Part shown: positions 40,529 to 54,695 of the stretch, piece after piece
Numbering within the stretch: position 1 is the first letter of the stretch
Layout: every line of letters starts with the position of its first letter
NCBI RefSeq assembly: GCF_018350175.1
Contig: NC_058369.1
Coordinates: 9,302,001-9,366,000 of the forward strand
DNA: 64,000 nt
Source of the DNA: Felis catus
Taxonomy: Eukaryota
Reading direction: 5' to 3'
Notes under the pieces: model-generated
What the model was told of the DNA's origin: nothing
The model's input: the letters and a program-made list of their open reading frames with translations, nothing else
Databases searched by the model: none
Made by a program: the position numbers and the translations under genes

Positions 40529-42150
40529 AGAAGGTAACCTTTAATACAAGCTACAGTGAAAACAAAACAATGTCATAAGATTCTGCTGAAACAGTAGCCA
40601 ATATGAGGGTCCAGACAGCTTTGTTAGTTAGGCACAGAGATTAGCCACGGTTTACGACACATTATTACCACAGGACACAGGAAAGGGCCTATCTTCAGTC
40701 AGAAGACTAGGGAAAGTCTAAAAGCTGAAAAGAGGGAAACAAAGGGATTCGTCCTCTTATTTAAATAGCATTGAATCAGTTTGGCCACCGTTCCAGAGTT
40801 AGGAAAATTCTGCCTCTGGAAGAGAGACAAAGCTACAAATGCCCCCCATTTTGGTCCAAGACCTTTGTTTACGGACGCTCAGATTAGGAACTTTTTTTTT
40901 TTTTTTTCCCCTGTAACATCACAAAGCAATTTTATACTCGTTTCTGGGTTTGTCTCCTCTTCTGGCCTGGGGCCTCCTTTCGAGGCCAGAGACGAGTCTA
41001 GCAGGTGCTTACTAAGTGGTTTTTGCGAATGAATGATTCATTTGCAACCTCTCCTTTGAGACTGGTCCTTTTAACTCCACCTTTTACGGATGGGAAACTG
41101 AGCCAGAGAGGATCGCCCTGCAGGAGAGCAAGTAAGGGACGGCTCTAGTCGTGTCGGCCATCCAAGATCCCCTCCACTCTCCTCTCGGCAGGACCTAAGG
41201 GACAGGCGCCCCGCTAAAGCCTCCGCAAACCTGGGAAAGGGCTGAGCCACAGAAGCAGCACCCGGACCGGTTTACCCAGTTCCAGGAACCTGGGGCGAGG
41301 TCCGCGCGTCCGAGCCGGGAAGGCGCAGGCCTAGGCCGGGCGGGGCGGGGCCTCGATCTCCGCCAGGAAATAGGAGTCCCAGGCGGGGAGTTTGAGGTCA
41401 GTAACTCCCACAACGCGGGGCGGAGCGATCGGGGTGTCAATCACAGACGGGGGCGGGATAGACGAGTTCACCTCGTCTCGCGCTCTCCCCCCCGGGTCCC
41501 GCCCCTGCGCGCCGCACCCAGCGACTTCCAAGAACTCCCAGCGCAGTCAGTGACTTGGGCCACGCCCCTCGCCCCCCAAACCGGTCTCTTCCGGACCGGA
41601 TTCCGCCCAGGCTCTCCGCGCGGGGCGCCCCCCCCCCTGCCAAAGCACGCCCCGCGGATGCGGGAGTGGGACTTAGGGGCCGGGCCGGAAGGCGGAGGCC
41701 GCGCCGGGGCGTGTGGGGCTGGGGGCCTGATCGGAATCAGGTAAATCGCGGAAGGAGCGGGAGGGAAAGGGGGCTCTTGGGGTTCATGCTACCCACCGCT
41801 GTCGTGCAGGCTGCTGAAGCTCCCCACGTGTCCAGAGGAGCCCAGAACCCCACACCGGTGTCCACGGGGAACTAGAGCCCCCGCAGCAGTGTCTCGTGGC
41901 GCTCGGATCCACACACGTGTGCTCAGGGGGGTCCACACCTTCCCACCTGTGTCCACAATGGGTCTCACTAGGGCACCTGTTCTGTTCCCCCAGGCTCAGC
42001 CTGGAGGTTTATTCCGCCCACCTCGAAATTTGTGTCCAGGAGAGCTGAGCCCAAGGCCTAAGGCCCTCCACCTACATACCCAATCCGTCCCAAGATCGAC
42101 CCCCTCTCCCCCAGCACGTTTTTGGCTCTCAGTGAAGAAATAACCTCAAC

Positions 42151-42345
42151 AGGGGCGCCTGGGTGGCTCGGTCGGTCAAGCGTCCCACTTCGGCTCAGGG
42201 CATGATCTCACGGTTCGTGGGTTCGAGCCCCGCGTCGGGCTCTGAGCCTGGAGCCTGCTTCGGATTCTGTGTCTCCCTCTCTCTGCCCCTTCCCGCTTGT
42301 GCTCTGTTTCTCTCGCTCTCAAAATTAAATAAACATTAAAAATAA
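42151..42345 (+). mobile_element. CAN-SINE
   Basis: Full head/body/tail; TSD AATAACCT(C/A)AAC. Confidence 0.9.
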
Positions 42346-43973
42346 TAATAACCTAAACATTCACTGCCCCCCTCACTCCTTCAGCACCCTCCCGCACCTG
42401 GGCGGCTCCCCTGGCCCCCTGGGGACCTGCCTTTCCTCGCCCGCCACCGACTGGCACCAATTAATTTCCGCCTCCGTCTGTCCACCCACATCTGGTGGCC
42501 AGCTGCTCGTCCTCGCCCTGCCCGCCCCCAGGGTCTCCCAGGGAATTGCTAACAGCCCTCCTCCTCCTAGCGCCCCTCAAACCCAGGACGCCCTACCAAA
42601 GCACCCGCTTCCTCCACCCCCCACCCGAGGCTGCTAATCAGAAAAAGCTGACGGGACCTGGAGAAGAGAAGATCTGAAATCCGATGGAGGAGGGGCGGGG
42701 TGTGAAACTTTCTGAACCAGAGATGGGGGGGGGGGGGAGGAGCGGGGGCGGAGGGGGGGGGGAGCGGGGTGGAGGGAGGCAGGAGCTTCAGTTGTACCTA
42801 AAGGCTCGAGATCAAAGCTTTCTGGCTTCCAGATGGGGACCGCGGGGAGGGCTGCCCACTCGGGGGCAGGCAAGGCTGAGCACCCCCGCCCCTTCCTCGG
42901 AAAGCCCCCGGGGGATGTGGCGGTGACAGCTGTGCCCCAGCCCGCGCCCGGCGGGTTTCCTTTTCCTGTGCTCACTCTCCCGACTGGCTGGCCAGCAGCC
43001 TGGAGACACCAGTCCGGCCCTTTTGAAGGGGCTCCCCAGAGGGTCATCCTGGACGAGGGGGAGGGGACTGACAGAACAATGGGCTTCTGTAGGGCTGGAC
43101 GGCCAGGCGCTTCCTGTTAACCCTTCCCTCGGGGTGCAGCTTGGGGGAGCATCTCAGGGGCCTGGCCTGTGGAAAGGGAGCCGGAGGGGATTTGTCCACC
43201 GAGCTCGCGAACAGGCAGCTTTCTCTCCCGTCCCAGGTCTTGTTTTCACAAATGATCAGAAAGGGCAAGGCGAATGCACCCCTTGCGGTCCTCAGTGGAG
43301 TGATAGAGCCTGGTTCTCTGCTCTCTGGTGAGCTGAGGGTTGTGCCCCCCCCCCCCGGGGGGGGTGGGGGACGGGGCATAGCTAGCCTGGGAGAATCCGC
43401 TGTGCTGAGGGCTGAGACATCCCAGGATCTCTGGGGGGTGGGCTTGGCCCGGCCGAGGGACCCAGGTGAATCCAAGGTCTTCCTCCCCTGCCAGATGAGC
43501 CGGAGGTCACGACCCCCCAGCCAGTTGGCTCCCTGGTCCGGGCCTCAGTTTCCCTGCTTGGGAAGTTCTTCCAAGGGCCTGAGAGGAGCACAGTGTGATC
43601 CTAATGGGCCAGAGCGACCTGAGCTGGGGGTCTGGGAAACCTTTTGCTGTCTCTTGGAGCTCCGGGAAGATACGCTGGGGAATTAGCTGTTGTGTTCCTT
43701 GAGAATTCATGCGAAGTCTCTTCTGTTTACAGAGCTAGCCAGAGAGGTTCACCCTCAGGAGAGTCTGTGGGGCTCCAGGAGCTTCTGAGGGTCCCTGGAG
43801 CCCCCGCGTCCGGCCCCGGAGGCTTTTGGGTAGTTACAGGCCAGATAACATGCCCTGTTCTAAGAAGAGACTGCACACAGTGATGCCTCCCACCCAGCCA
43901 GGTGCTGTGCCTGGCCCTCCCACATTCTCAGTTATCCATCACTGCAAGCCTAAATCAGAACTAAAGTAGGCCT

Positions 43974-44196
43974 GGGGCCCCCGGGCGGCGCAGTCCGTGA
44001 AGCATCCGACGCTTGATCTCCGCTCAGGTCATGATCTCGCAGTTCGTGGGTTCGAGCCTCATGTCAGTCTCTGCCCTGATGGTGTGGAGCCTGCTTGGGA
44101 TCCTCTCTCTCCTGCTCCCTGCCCCTCCCCCACTTGTGTGCTCGCAGGGCTCTCTGCTGTCTCGCTCGCGCTCTCTCTCAAAAGAAACAAAAAAAG
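43974..44196 (+). mobile_element. CAN-SINE
   Basis: SINEC body, A tail. Confidence 0.85.
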
Positions 44197-44704
44197 TAGA
44201 CACTTCCACTGGCCTCGTTTTTACAGATGAGGGAATTAAGGCCTAGAGCAATCGTGTGTCTAGTAAAACAAAGTGCATTGTTTTTCTTTCTCTCCTGGAT
44301 TGAGGGGGATGGGGTGGGGGGCAGGGGTCACGCAGAGGCCCTTGTCCACACCAGTGGACTTTTGCTTGTATATACCCAGTGGCTTATCTTCCATTCACTG
44401 ATAAGGAAAGAGAGCTGGGGTGGGGTGGGGTGGGGTGGGGCGAGGGCCACGGGGCCCCAGGTCTCCCTGCCACCACTGGGCGGCCTTTTCTCTCTCTCCT
44501 TGCATCCTTGGCCCACCACCCACCAGGTTGGCCCACCAAATGCCCTCTTCAGTTTTTTCACACCCACTTGCTGGGTGACTGTACCATTTTTTCCTCCCCT
44601 TTCTGACAGCAAAAACCTCCCCAAGGGCCAATGTGCGCACGTTCAACCCAAGGGCTCGAGGAGGATAAAGTTGGTTTGGGGGTTGGGGTGTTTTGTTTTG
44701 TTTT

Positions 44705-44735
<31 letters not shown>

Positions 44736-46879
44736 TGTAATCATTATTTACTGAGCAAAACCAAACTTCTAGACTGCAAAGGCTGCTGCCAGGCCCCCTT
44801 GCTGGTGTCTGGGACAGGAAGTGGCTCACTGCTTTGCCTTTCAGACCGGAGGGCAGGCGGGGGGAGGGGGGGGTGCCTGTTAGAGGCCCAGCAGCTGGGG
44901 TTCGGGCCCAGGCCAGCCTACCGCCAGCCAGCATCCACCTGAGGCCCCCTTCCCCTCTCCTCCCCTCCCTTCTGTGGCCCGCCCTTCCGGAATGAACCTT
45001 GTCCTGGCTTCTAGCCACCGCCACCCCACCAGGGAAGGCAAAGCAGGCCTGCAGTTAACCCACTGCCGAGTCCCCGCAGGCGGCAACTTTCAGACTCCTC
45101 GGGGTGGGGGGGGGGGGTAGAGGCGGGGGGGAGGGGAGGGGGGGGAGTCTCGAGACCCTTTCCCGCTCAGGCTCTGAATCCGAGCGGCGGCTGGAGTCTG
45201 CCGCACTGAGTTCCATGTATTCCCCAGCTACCCTCCAAATCCCCACGGACACTGCCTTATAAACAGTCACCGGAATTTTCAAAGGGGCCACATGTGGTTT
45301 GGGACAAGGCATTCTCTTCCGAGAGGGGCGGGCGTGAGGCCGGTTCTGAAGAAAACAGAGAAGCGGGCCGTGGGAACGGGGCCCGCACTGGGACCACCGA
45401 AGCTTGCCTTTCAGCCGGGATGGGGGGGTGCGGGGTTGGGGGGGGGGATGTCTTCCCGTCTCCCGCTTTGCTTTGCGTCCCTGGCCTCTGTGGAGCCCCG
45501 GCTGCCATTTGCAGGGCCCTTGGGGACGCTGTGCATCAATGGCTGCTTCCGGGCATCATCGAATTTCCCTGTCTGTGCCTCCCTCCTCTCTCCTTAGGCT
45601 TGCCCCTCTCTCTCATGACTGTCTGTTCATCATGGGAGGGGTGTGGGCACACACATGCACCGTGTCCCAGCAGTTCCGCTGTGACTCAAGCCAGCCCTAT
45701 CCCTGAAGGCTGGGAAGGCCAGAGCGAGGAGCCTCCCCCAGGGCCATGTCCCGAGCTTGGACCCGGGTTTCTGGTCGGCTGGGGAGAGCGGGCTCAGTCC
45801 CCTCAACACCGTGAGCTGAGTCTAGGCCCAGTGGGTTACCCACACGCTCGCTCACGCACACACACGCGGCTCCGGAGAAATTCTCTGTCCCCGATTGTCC
45901 TAGATTACCCCAGTGTGCCTGTTCCCTGCTCTCAGTGACTTCCCCTCCTTGCAGCTGGCCTGTATGTTCTAGAAAGCTGGGGAAAGTTCCTCAGCTAGAA
46001 GGCTCCTGCCAGCCACACTCCAGGTTGGCCTGGCCTCACGCACGCACGGGGCCATATGCTTCCCGCTTGGTGCTTGTGGCCAGCGTGAATCCTCCCTGAA
46101 ACCTTCGCCTCCAACTCTCTTGCACCTGAGCCCATCCTGTCCCGTTGCCATGGCATCCGTGGAACCCAGAAGCCAGATGGTCTTATGTCCCCTCCTGCCC
46201 CTTCCAGGCTCAGGCCCTCCTGAGCTCAGCAAGAGTTTACTCAGCACCCCTGTGTCCCCAACGCACATTAAGGCTGTGTGCCCAGTAGCTCATCTGTTGC
46301 CCCTAGTGACTCCGGAGACAGGCAGTGACAGCACTTATCCAAATCCAGCTGAGAAGTGTCAGGGGTTTTTTGTTTTATTTGTGTGTGTGTGTGTGTGTGT
46401 GTTATTTTTTGGTTTTTGGGGTTGTGTGTGTGTGTGTGTGGTTTGTTTGCTTGTTTTTTAGTAAGCTCTATGCCCAACATGGGACTTGAACTCACGACCC
46501 CGAGATCAAGAGGCTCATGCTCTCCCCACTGAGCCAGCCAGGTGCCCCACGACAAATGTCAAATTCGAATTCAAGTCTGTGGGACTTGAAGCCTGAGGTC
46601 TTCAGAATGACAGCGGGATTGCCTGGCTGGCTCAGTCAGTATGTCACAGGATTCTTGATCTCGGGGGCCGTGAGTTCGAGCGCCGCGCGGGGCATAGAGA
46701 TTACTTAAAGGAGAATGACAACAACCATAGAAGCTAGTGCTTACTACTTAAAGCGCTCCACTCCCAGAGTCCTCACTGCTTGACTTATTATGGCATTCTC
46801 CTTGTTTCCCGTGGAGGAAACTGAGGCACCGTGGGGTTAGATAGCCTTCCTCCTGCATATAGTCTTTACAGCTGAAAAG

Positions 46880-47085
46880 TGCTGTCGCCTGGATTCGAAC
46901 CTGGGCACACGGCTAGCGTTTCTGGACTTTCTGTGGCCGGATGGCTCTCTGTGGTGGGGCTGCCTCGTGCATCGGAGGGTGTCGAGCATCAGCCGTGGCC
47001 TCCACCCACTAGGTGCCACCAGTGCCTCTTCGTGTAGTTGTGGCGGCCGAGAAACGTCCCCCAGCGTGGCTGAATGTTGGGGTGG
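46880..47085 (-). mobile_element. MER20-like hAT element
   Basis: Reverse complement resembles the 12726 element. Confidence 0.55.
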
Positions 47086-47137
47086 AGTGGGTGAGGCGTA
47101 GGCTCGCCGCCCGCCTTCCACTGCCCTGCCTCTCCCC

Positions 47138-47139
<2 letters not shown>

Positions 47140-47176
<37 letters not shown>
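47140..47176. repeat. (TG)n microsatellite
   Basis: Direct reading. Confidence 0.9.
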
Positions 47177-47177
<1 letters not shown>

Positions 47178-48574
47178 TTTTCCCAAATACAGATGTGGAG
47201 TCAAACTTGGGGCCTTGGCTGGAGTCCTGGGCACGGAGGTGATTGGCAGGTTCTGGCATCTTGGGGAGGGGCCAGCAGGGCGACCTTTCTAGGCCACATC
47301 CGCTCTACCTGGAGACAGGGGTGCTGGCCTCCCCAGCCCCTGGTGGCTGGACTTGCGCAGTGCCCCAGGTGGGTGGCGACAGGCAGCCCTTCCTTCCTGG
47401 TTCCCAGGGCAGCAGACGTGGGAAGCCCCAACCTGGCCTCTGGATGTACTGAGTAGGTGCTGGGGTGTGTGCTCTGAGACCCAAGGCCCTTGTGGGCGTG
47501 GGGGAGAAACCAAGGCTAAAGTAGGTCTCCCCGCCCGCCCGCCTGCCGCCCTGACATCCCACCCAGCCCTGGCTCTGTGCCAGCGAATGCCGGAATGGTG
47601 ACTCACGAAGCTGTGAGCAGAGGAGGGAAGCACTGTGCAGGCTGGAAGGGAGGGGGGGAGGCCCCCTCATTCTCAGCTCTCCCAGCATCCCCATCACGAC
47701 CAGGACCCTTGAAGCCACATCTCAGACTGGTCACACTGGCGCCCTCCCTCCTCCTCTTCCTCCACGGCCCCCAGCCTTCCACTTGGATTTTTGTTCTTGA
47801 GACTATGCCGGGCAGAAAGGCAGAAATGAGCTTGGGGTGTGGAATGTCCCTGAGGTTGGCATATATTTAGGCCTGGACGAGAGACTGTGTGTGTGGTACC
47901 CAGCAGACCTCAGCGTCGGCCTGGGCTGGGGAGGGGTGCACGCGAGGAGTGAGGTCCCGGCTCTGAGCCAGCGCGGGAGGCTCCTATCTTCTCTCTTAGA
48001 GCTTCCTGGTTTCCCAACCACCCGCCCCCACCCCTGCCCCGGAGCTGGAGAAGGAGTGGGAGGAACCAGAGGAGGCCCGGTAAGTGGAGGCACACCCAGC
48101 ACGGGTGCCAGCCTAGATCGTTTACAGCTGAAAACCCAAGGCCCAGAGAGGTTAACTGGCTTTCCCGGAGGTGCTCAGGACAGAAGCGGAGGTGCTCAGG
48201 ACAGAAGCGAAGGTTCTGGGCTTTGCTTGCCGGCCAGCTGTGCCATTATTCGTGCATGCACGCGTTCGTTCGTGCAGCAAGTGCGCGACCCCAGCCCCTG
48301 CCAGTCCAGAGGCACAACACGCAGGGCCGGCAGACTGGACCGGGGTCTCGAAACCACAGCCCGCGGGCCACATCCGCCCGTCCTCCTCGCGGCCTTCTGG
48401 TTCAGAATGGCTTTTACATTATTAAACAGATGAAAACAAGAGAAAGAGTATTCCATGAGACACAGAATCATAGGAAATTACAGTTTCGGCAGGCGTAAAT
48501 TATGTGTATGCAGTCATGCCCATTCACGTCCATATTGTCTGCGGTTGTTCTTTTTTTTAAATCTTTTTATTTTT

Positions 48575-48831
48575 TTTAAAATTTATTTTATTTTTTTTTT
48601 AATTTTTTTTTTCAACGTTTATTTATTTTTGAGACAGAGAGAGACAGAGCATGAACGGGGGAGGGGCAGAGAGAGAGGGAGACACAGAATCGGAAACAGG
48701 CTCCAGGCTCTGAGCCATCAGCCCAGAGCCCGACGCGGGGCTCGAACTCGCGGACCGCGAGATCGTGACCTGGCTGAAGTCGGACGCTTAACCGACTGCG
48801 CCACCCAGGCGCCCCATAAAATCTTTTTATT

Positions 48832-48867
<36 letters not shown>

Positions 48868-50055
48868 CATGAGCCGGGGACGGGGAGAGACGGAGGGAGA
48901 CACAGAGACACAGAATCCGAACCAGGCTCCGGGCTCCGAGCTGTCAGCACAGAGCACGACGTGGGGCTCGAACTCAGGAACCCGAGCCGCAGTCCGATGC
49001 TTAACTGACTGAGCCACCAGGCGCCCCTACACATATCTCTTGAAGACCCTGCTTTCAATTCTTTGGGGGCGCCGACCCAGAAGCGCCATTGCCGGGTCAT
49101 ATGGTGACTCTAATTTTGGGGGGAACCAGCATGCTGTTTTCCAGGGTACCCGCACCGTTTTATGTTGGTGGCAACAGTGTGCAGGGGCTCCGACTTCTCC
49201 ACATTCCCCACCGACGCCCGTTTGGGGTTTTTTGATGGTGGCCACCACCATGGGTGGGAGGGCAGAGCACGGTTGTTGCCACAGAGACCCGCAAAGCCGA
49301 GCACGTTTCCTATCTGGCTCTTTGCAGAAGTTTGCCAATCCCGGGGCGCCTGGGTGGCTCAGTCGGTTGAGCATCCGACTTTGGCTCAGGTCATGATCTC
49401 AGAGTCTGTGAGTTCGAGCCCCGCGTCGGGCTCTGTGCTGACAGCCCAGAGCCTGGAGCCTGCTTTCAGATTCTATGTCTCCCTCTCTCTCTGCCCCTTC
49501 CCTGCTAATGTTCTCTCTCTGTCTCAACAATAAATAAAAAAATAAAAAGAAAATTAAAAAAAATGTTTAAAAAAAAAAGAAGTTTGCCAATCCCTGGACT
49601 GGGGGTCCAGAGGGTCCCCGTCTTTGGAGACCTTGTATGTACGTATGTATTTCTATTTAAGTCCCAATCAGTTAACATATAGCGTAATAATGATTTCAGG
49701 ATTTAGTGATTCATCACTTACATGTAACACCCAGTGCCCGTCCCAGCAAGTGCCTTCTTTAATGCCCATCGCCCATTTAACCCATCCCCCTACCCAACAG
49801 CCTGCCAGCACCCCTCAGGTTGTTCTAAGAGTGTCTTATGGGGGGGCCCCTGGGTGGCTCATTCGGTTGAGCGTCTGGCTTCGGCTCAGGTCATGATGCC
49901 ACAGCCTGTGAGTTCGAGCCCCGCGTCGGGTTCTGTGCTGACGGCTCGGAGCCTGGAGCCTGCTTTGGATTCTCCCTCTCTCTCTCTGCCCCTCTCCCAC
50001 TCATGCCTTGTCTCTTTCTCTCTCTCTGTCTCTCTCAAAAATAAATAATAAACAC
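48575..50055. mobile_element. SINE cluster: nested minus pair (48575-48815 in the tail of 48835-49027), plus-strand SINEs 49343-49577 and 49840-50055, with L1M/MER58 fragments
   Basis: TSDs AAATCTTTTTATTTTT (48559/48819) and AGAAGTTTGCCAATCCC (near 49326/49579). Confidence 0.85.
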
Positions 50056-51239
50056 TAATTTTTTTTTAATTTAAAGAGTCTCTTACGGTTTGTGGAGACC
50101 TTGTTTCCTATCGGGGTGGGGGCCAGGCGGGGTTGAGTGGCCACAGACCCTGTGAAGTCAGATAGAGATAAACACTCCGAAGAAATACAATAGGGTTGTG
50201 AGAGAGGCAGAGAGTTGTAGGGGACTGGGGAGAGTGGTGGCTGATTTGGGAAGGTGGTCAGGGAGAGCCTGTGGCAGGGGCACATTAGAATGTTCTGCTC
50301 CCCACCCCCCGCCAGGAAGGGAGAGGTCTCTGTTTGTTGCAGTAAACAGCCCTCATCTGGTCTCTTGCAGCCTGTTTCTCCCGGGCAGCGGGGGTTCCTG
50401 GGAGTCCACAGGGGCCTTCAGGGACTCCCGTGTGTCTCCACTGGTGGAGGCCCGGCCCTCAGTGGCTGCTGCTCAGGAGGGTGGTGGCGTGTGTGGCTTC
50501 CGACTGTGGCCGTGACCGAGTGACGTGTCTGAGGGTTCGGGACGGCGTCTCTGGGCAGTTTGCCCTGGGGATTTGGAAGGTGACAGATGTGGGGGGCCGG
50601 GACAGGGGAGGAAGACAAGAGGGAGGCCGTCCCCGGCCGGTGACAGAGACTGAGGTGACCTACTGCCACACTGAGCTGGCAGATGCGGGGCCAGGCTGGG
50701 CGCCTATACGTGGTTCCTTGATCCTTTCCAAGAGCTTGTCTTGTCGAGGGGCTTGTCCGATCCTGTCTGTTTCCTGTGCCTCTCCTTCCTCCGCCCTCCC
50801 CTCCCTGGCACTTGTCGGCGGGCTGGGAGCAGGTGGCCAGGGGGGCGGTGAGCCCCGTGGGACAGCGGGCCCATCCTTGCTGGGGGTGCTGCCTCCGCTC
50901 TACAGGCTGACCTCACCTCCTGGGTTGTCTTGGGAGAACCCTGGCAGCCTCTTCCTCTGTCCCTTAGAGCTGGGCTTTACCTCTGGGACCTTTCCAGAAA
51001 ACCACTAGGAGTTCAGGAAGGAGTCCATACCCCTCCCTCTGTTTCGCGGGGCTCCTCTGCCTTTGCATCCCCCTACCCCCCCCAGCTGGGGCATTTGAGG
51101 CTCTCACCTTAGCCAGACAGCTTCTCAGTCACCCAAAACGGCAGTGCCGCGGAGGAAAGGTTCCTCAAAACGTTGATTCATTCATTTATTCCACCCACAT
51201 TTGCTGAGCTCTCCGTTGTCATGTCCTTGCTGTACTGTT

Positions 51240-53911
51240 GTGTTTTTAATGTTTATTTATTTTTGAGCGCGCAAGCAGGGGAGGGGCAGAGGGAGGGGGA
51301 CAGAGGATCTGAAGAAGGCTCTGCGGTGACAGCAGCGAGTGGGATGTGGGGCTCGAACTAACAAACCTTGAGATCATGACCTGAGCCGGAATCAAGAGTC
51401 GGACACTTAACCTACTGAACCGCCCAGGTGGCCCTAAAATAAAATCTTAAAAAAAAAAAAAAGAATGAATAGATAAACAAATGTGGTCCCTCCATACTAT
51501 GGACTATTATTTGGCCATAAAAAGGAATGAAGTTCTGACACATGCTCCCACGTGGATGAACCTTGATGTTCAAACACATTATGTTCAAACACATTATGTT
51601 CAAAGCCAACCACAAGAGGCCACTATTGTGACGTCATTTACATGAAATATTCAATACAGGCAAATAGAGACAGAAAGTGGATTAGTGGTTGCCAGGGGCC
51701 CAGGAGGGGGAAAGGGGGAGTGACTGCCTTTTTTTTTCTTTTTTTAAGTTTTTTGTTTATTTTGAGAGAGAGAGAGAGCACGCGAGCCAGTGGGGGAGGG
51801 CAGAGAGAGAGGGAGGGAGAGGGAGAATCCCAAGCAGGCCCCGAGCTGTCAGCGCAGAACTGGACGCGGGGCTCGAACTCAAGAACCCTGAGATCAGGAC
51901 CTGAGCAGAAACCAAGAGTCAGTGCTCAATGGGCTGACTCACCCAGGCACCCCGGGGAGTGACTGCTTAACGGGTCCAGATTATTCCTTGGCGAGGCAGG
52001 GGGCTCAGAGGCGGGGCGGTGGGCATATTCTAGAACTAGATAGTGGCAATGGTTGCACAACATTGTGAGAGTCCCACGTGCCGCTGAGTCATACGCTTTA
52101 CAGTGGCTAAGGGTTAATTTTATGGTCTCGGAATTTTATCACAATTAAAAAAACAGAAGGAAGTCAGCAAGCTGGAAGTGTTTCACGCTTCTGCTCTGGC
52201 TTCGAATGAAAGGATCTACAGGGGTGTGTGGTGGGAGGCAGTGCTGCGCAGGAGTGAGGGGAAGGAGCCTGCCCCGTGCTAGGCCCTGCTCCTGCAGGAG
52301 CCTGAGGCTTCCCTCCTCCCAGACCTGTCTGCACGGGTGGAGGTGGCCTGGCCTTCGGCCTGTGTGTGTGTGTGGGGGGGTGCATCGCGGGTGCCGGCCC
52401 CCTTGGAGCTCCTCAGAAACCGAGGTAGGTGGATGGTGGGGAGAGCAGAGCCACAGCATAGAGCAGGTGGCTAACAGGGGTCACCCAGGCGGGAGGGGAG
52501 ATGGGGCGGGGGGGGGGCTGGAATGATGACAGGGGTGTCTGGAGAAAGAGGCCTGTTGGTGTCCACAGAATGGGTCCTCCTATTCACTTGCTTATTAAAA
52601 TCTTCCCCTGCGGATGGGGTGCCCGGGTGGCTCAGTCGGTGAAGCATTCGACTTCGGCTCAGGTCACGATCTCACGGCTTGTGAGTTCGAGTGCCGCATC
52701 GGGCTCTGTGCTGATGGCTCAGAGCCTGGAGCCTGCTTCGGATTCTGTGTCTCTCTCTGCCCCTCCCCTGCTTGCTCTCTCTGTCTCTCAAAAATAAACA
52801 TGTAAAAAATGTAAAAAAAATAATAATAATTAATTAATTAATTTTTAAAAAGTAGTGTTGGGGCACCTGGCTGGTTCAGCCCGTGGAGCATCCGACTTTG
52901 GCTCAGGTCGTGCTGTTGCACTTAATGAGTTCAAGCCCTGCATCGGGCTCTGTACTCATGGCTCAGAGCCTGGAGCCTGCCTCAGATTCTGTGTGTCCCT
53001 CTCTCTCTGCCCCTCCTCTGCTCATGTTCTGTCTCTGTCTCTCAAAAATAAATAAATGTAAAAAAAAAAAATTAAAAAAAAAAAAACCATGAAATCACAA
53101 CCTGAGCTGAAGCCAGATGCTTAGCGTGCCACCCATGGGCCCCCCAACCCCCATTCTAATATCATTACTTTGGGGGTTAGGATTTCCAGGTGAGTCTGGG
53201 GGCGGGGACATACTTATTTAGACCATCAGGGGGCGCAAGTACCTTCACTCTCCTTGTTCACTCAGAGAGGTCGGTCCACACACCTTCCCAGGCGACCCCG
53301 TCACCAGTTTTCCAATCATTTTCCTTTCAAGTCATTGACCTTCCGGCTGCAGCCCACGAACCAGCATATGATTGCACATCGGCTATTTCTCCCTCCAACG
53401 GAAATGAACAGCCAAGGTGCGCTGTTTGAAGCTCTGCCCGCCGGGAGGCTGGGAGGATTGCCCTTCACAACTGTCCTTCCAGGGTGTCCTGGGAAGGGAC
53501 AGAGGTACTGCCGCTCCCTGCCTCCAGTGGCTGCCCGCGCCTTGTGCCGAACCATCTGTAGCCGGAGCCTGAATGTTCTCTGATCCTAAGGAACCCCCAT
53601 GAAGCTATGGGTGCAGGATGGGAGACAGAAGGACTCTGTACCACGGGACCTTTTGCTTATAGCAATGTGGGTCTATGTTATCTTTTAAAACATTTTTAAT
53701 CTTCATTTATTTTTGAGAGAGAGAGAGAGAGAGAGCGCCAGAGTGCGAGTGGGGGAGGAACAGAGAGAGAGGGAGACACAGTATCTGAAGCAGGCTCCAG
53801 GCTCTGAGCTGTCAGCACAGAGCCCGACGCGGGGCTCGAACTCACGAACCGCGAGATCATGACCGGAGCTGAAGTCGGATGCTTCCCCTACTGAGCCACC
53901 CCAGGCGCCCC
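51240..53911. mobile_element. Cluster of CAN-SINEs (51240-51435 -, 51730-51953 -, 52616-52830 +, 52860-53085 +, 53690-53911 -) and an old L1M 3' end (51460-52150)
   Basis: SINEC motifs; L1 3'UTR motif GTGGTTGCCAGGGG...GGTTGCACAACATTGTG. Confidence 0.8.
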
Positions 53912-54019
53912 TCTGTTATCTTCATGATGCTATCTTTTTAAAACCCCGGATCATCCTTCCAGACTCCCTGCTATGGTATTAGAAGGAGCAGATGTGGGGC
54001 AAGAGGTGGCTTTGGAACC

Positions 54020-54695
54020 ATCCGCAGCCCTCATTTGCTAAATGCAGCCTGCTGCCTGTTTCTGCACAGCCTGCGAGTCGAGAATGGCCTTTTCGTTTTT
54101 AAATGGTTGGGGAAAAAAAAAAAAAAAAAAAAAAAAAAACAACCAACCCACCACGATGTGAAAATTATATGCAGTATCCAAGGGGGTTGGAGGGATAGGA
54201 CAGATGTTGTTTAAGGGTACAACCTGGCAACGAGTAGAAAATAAGTCCTGAAGAGCTAACGCAGGGTAGAGTGGATATATACAACAATATCATAACCATC
54301 AGATTTGCTAAGAGACCAGAACCCTTGATCGTTGCAACTCCGACCAGGAGACGACAATTCCACGATGCGATACGGGTGCTGGTTCTCGCTCCGATGGCAA
54401 TCGTATTCCAACAGCTAAATGCATCAAATTCACATCTCGGACTCCTCGAATTCACACGGTGTTCCCTGGCAAATGTATTTCCGTGGACTAACTCCGTGTC
54501 CGCAGATAAAGTTTTATCGACACACAGCTGCGCCCATTCATTTCCCTGTCGGCTGTGGCGGCCTTTATTCGAAGTGGCGGAGTTGAATCATTGCAACGGA
54601 GACTGATTGCCTGGCCCCTCGAAGCCGAAAAGAAAAAATACTTCCTGTCTGGCCTTCCCCCCACCAAGAAGTTTGCAGACCCCTGCTCTACAGGG
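54020..54695. mobile_element. MER58-like MITE containing an L1 3' end fragment (about 54165-54480)
   Basis: ATAAAGTTTTATCGACACACAGC...AAGTTTGCAGACCCTG; AAGGGTACAACCTGGCAACGAGTAGAAAATAAGTCCTG. Confidence 0.6.

Noticed and set aside
48166..48209. 21-nt direct repeat (also the 15-nt repeat near 51566-51604) as a CRISPR-like array
   Set aside because: Simple 2-3 copy tandem duplications without spacers in a mammalian genome
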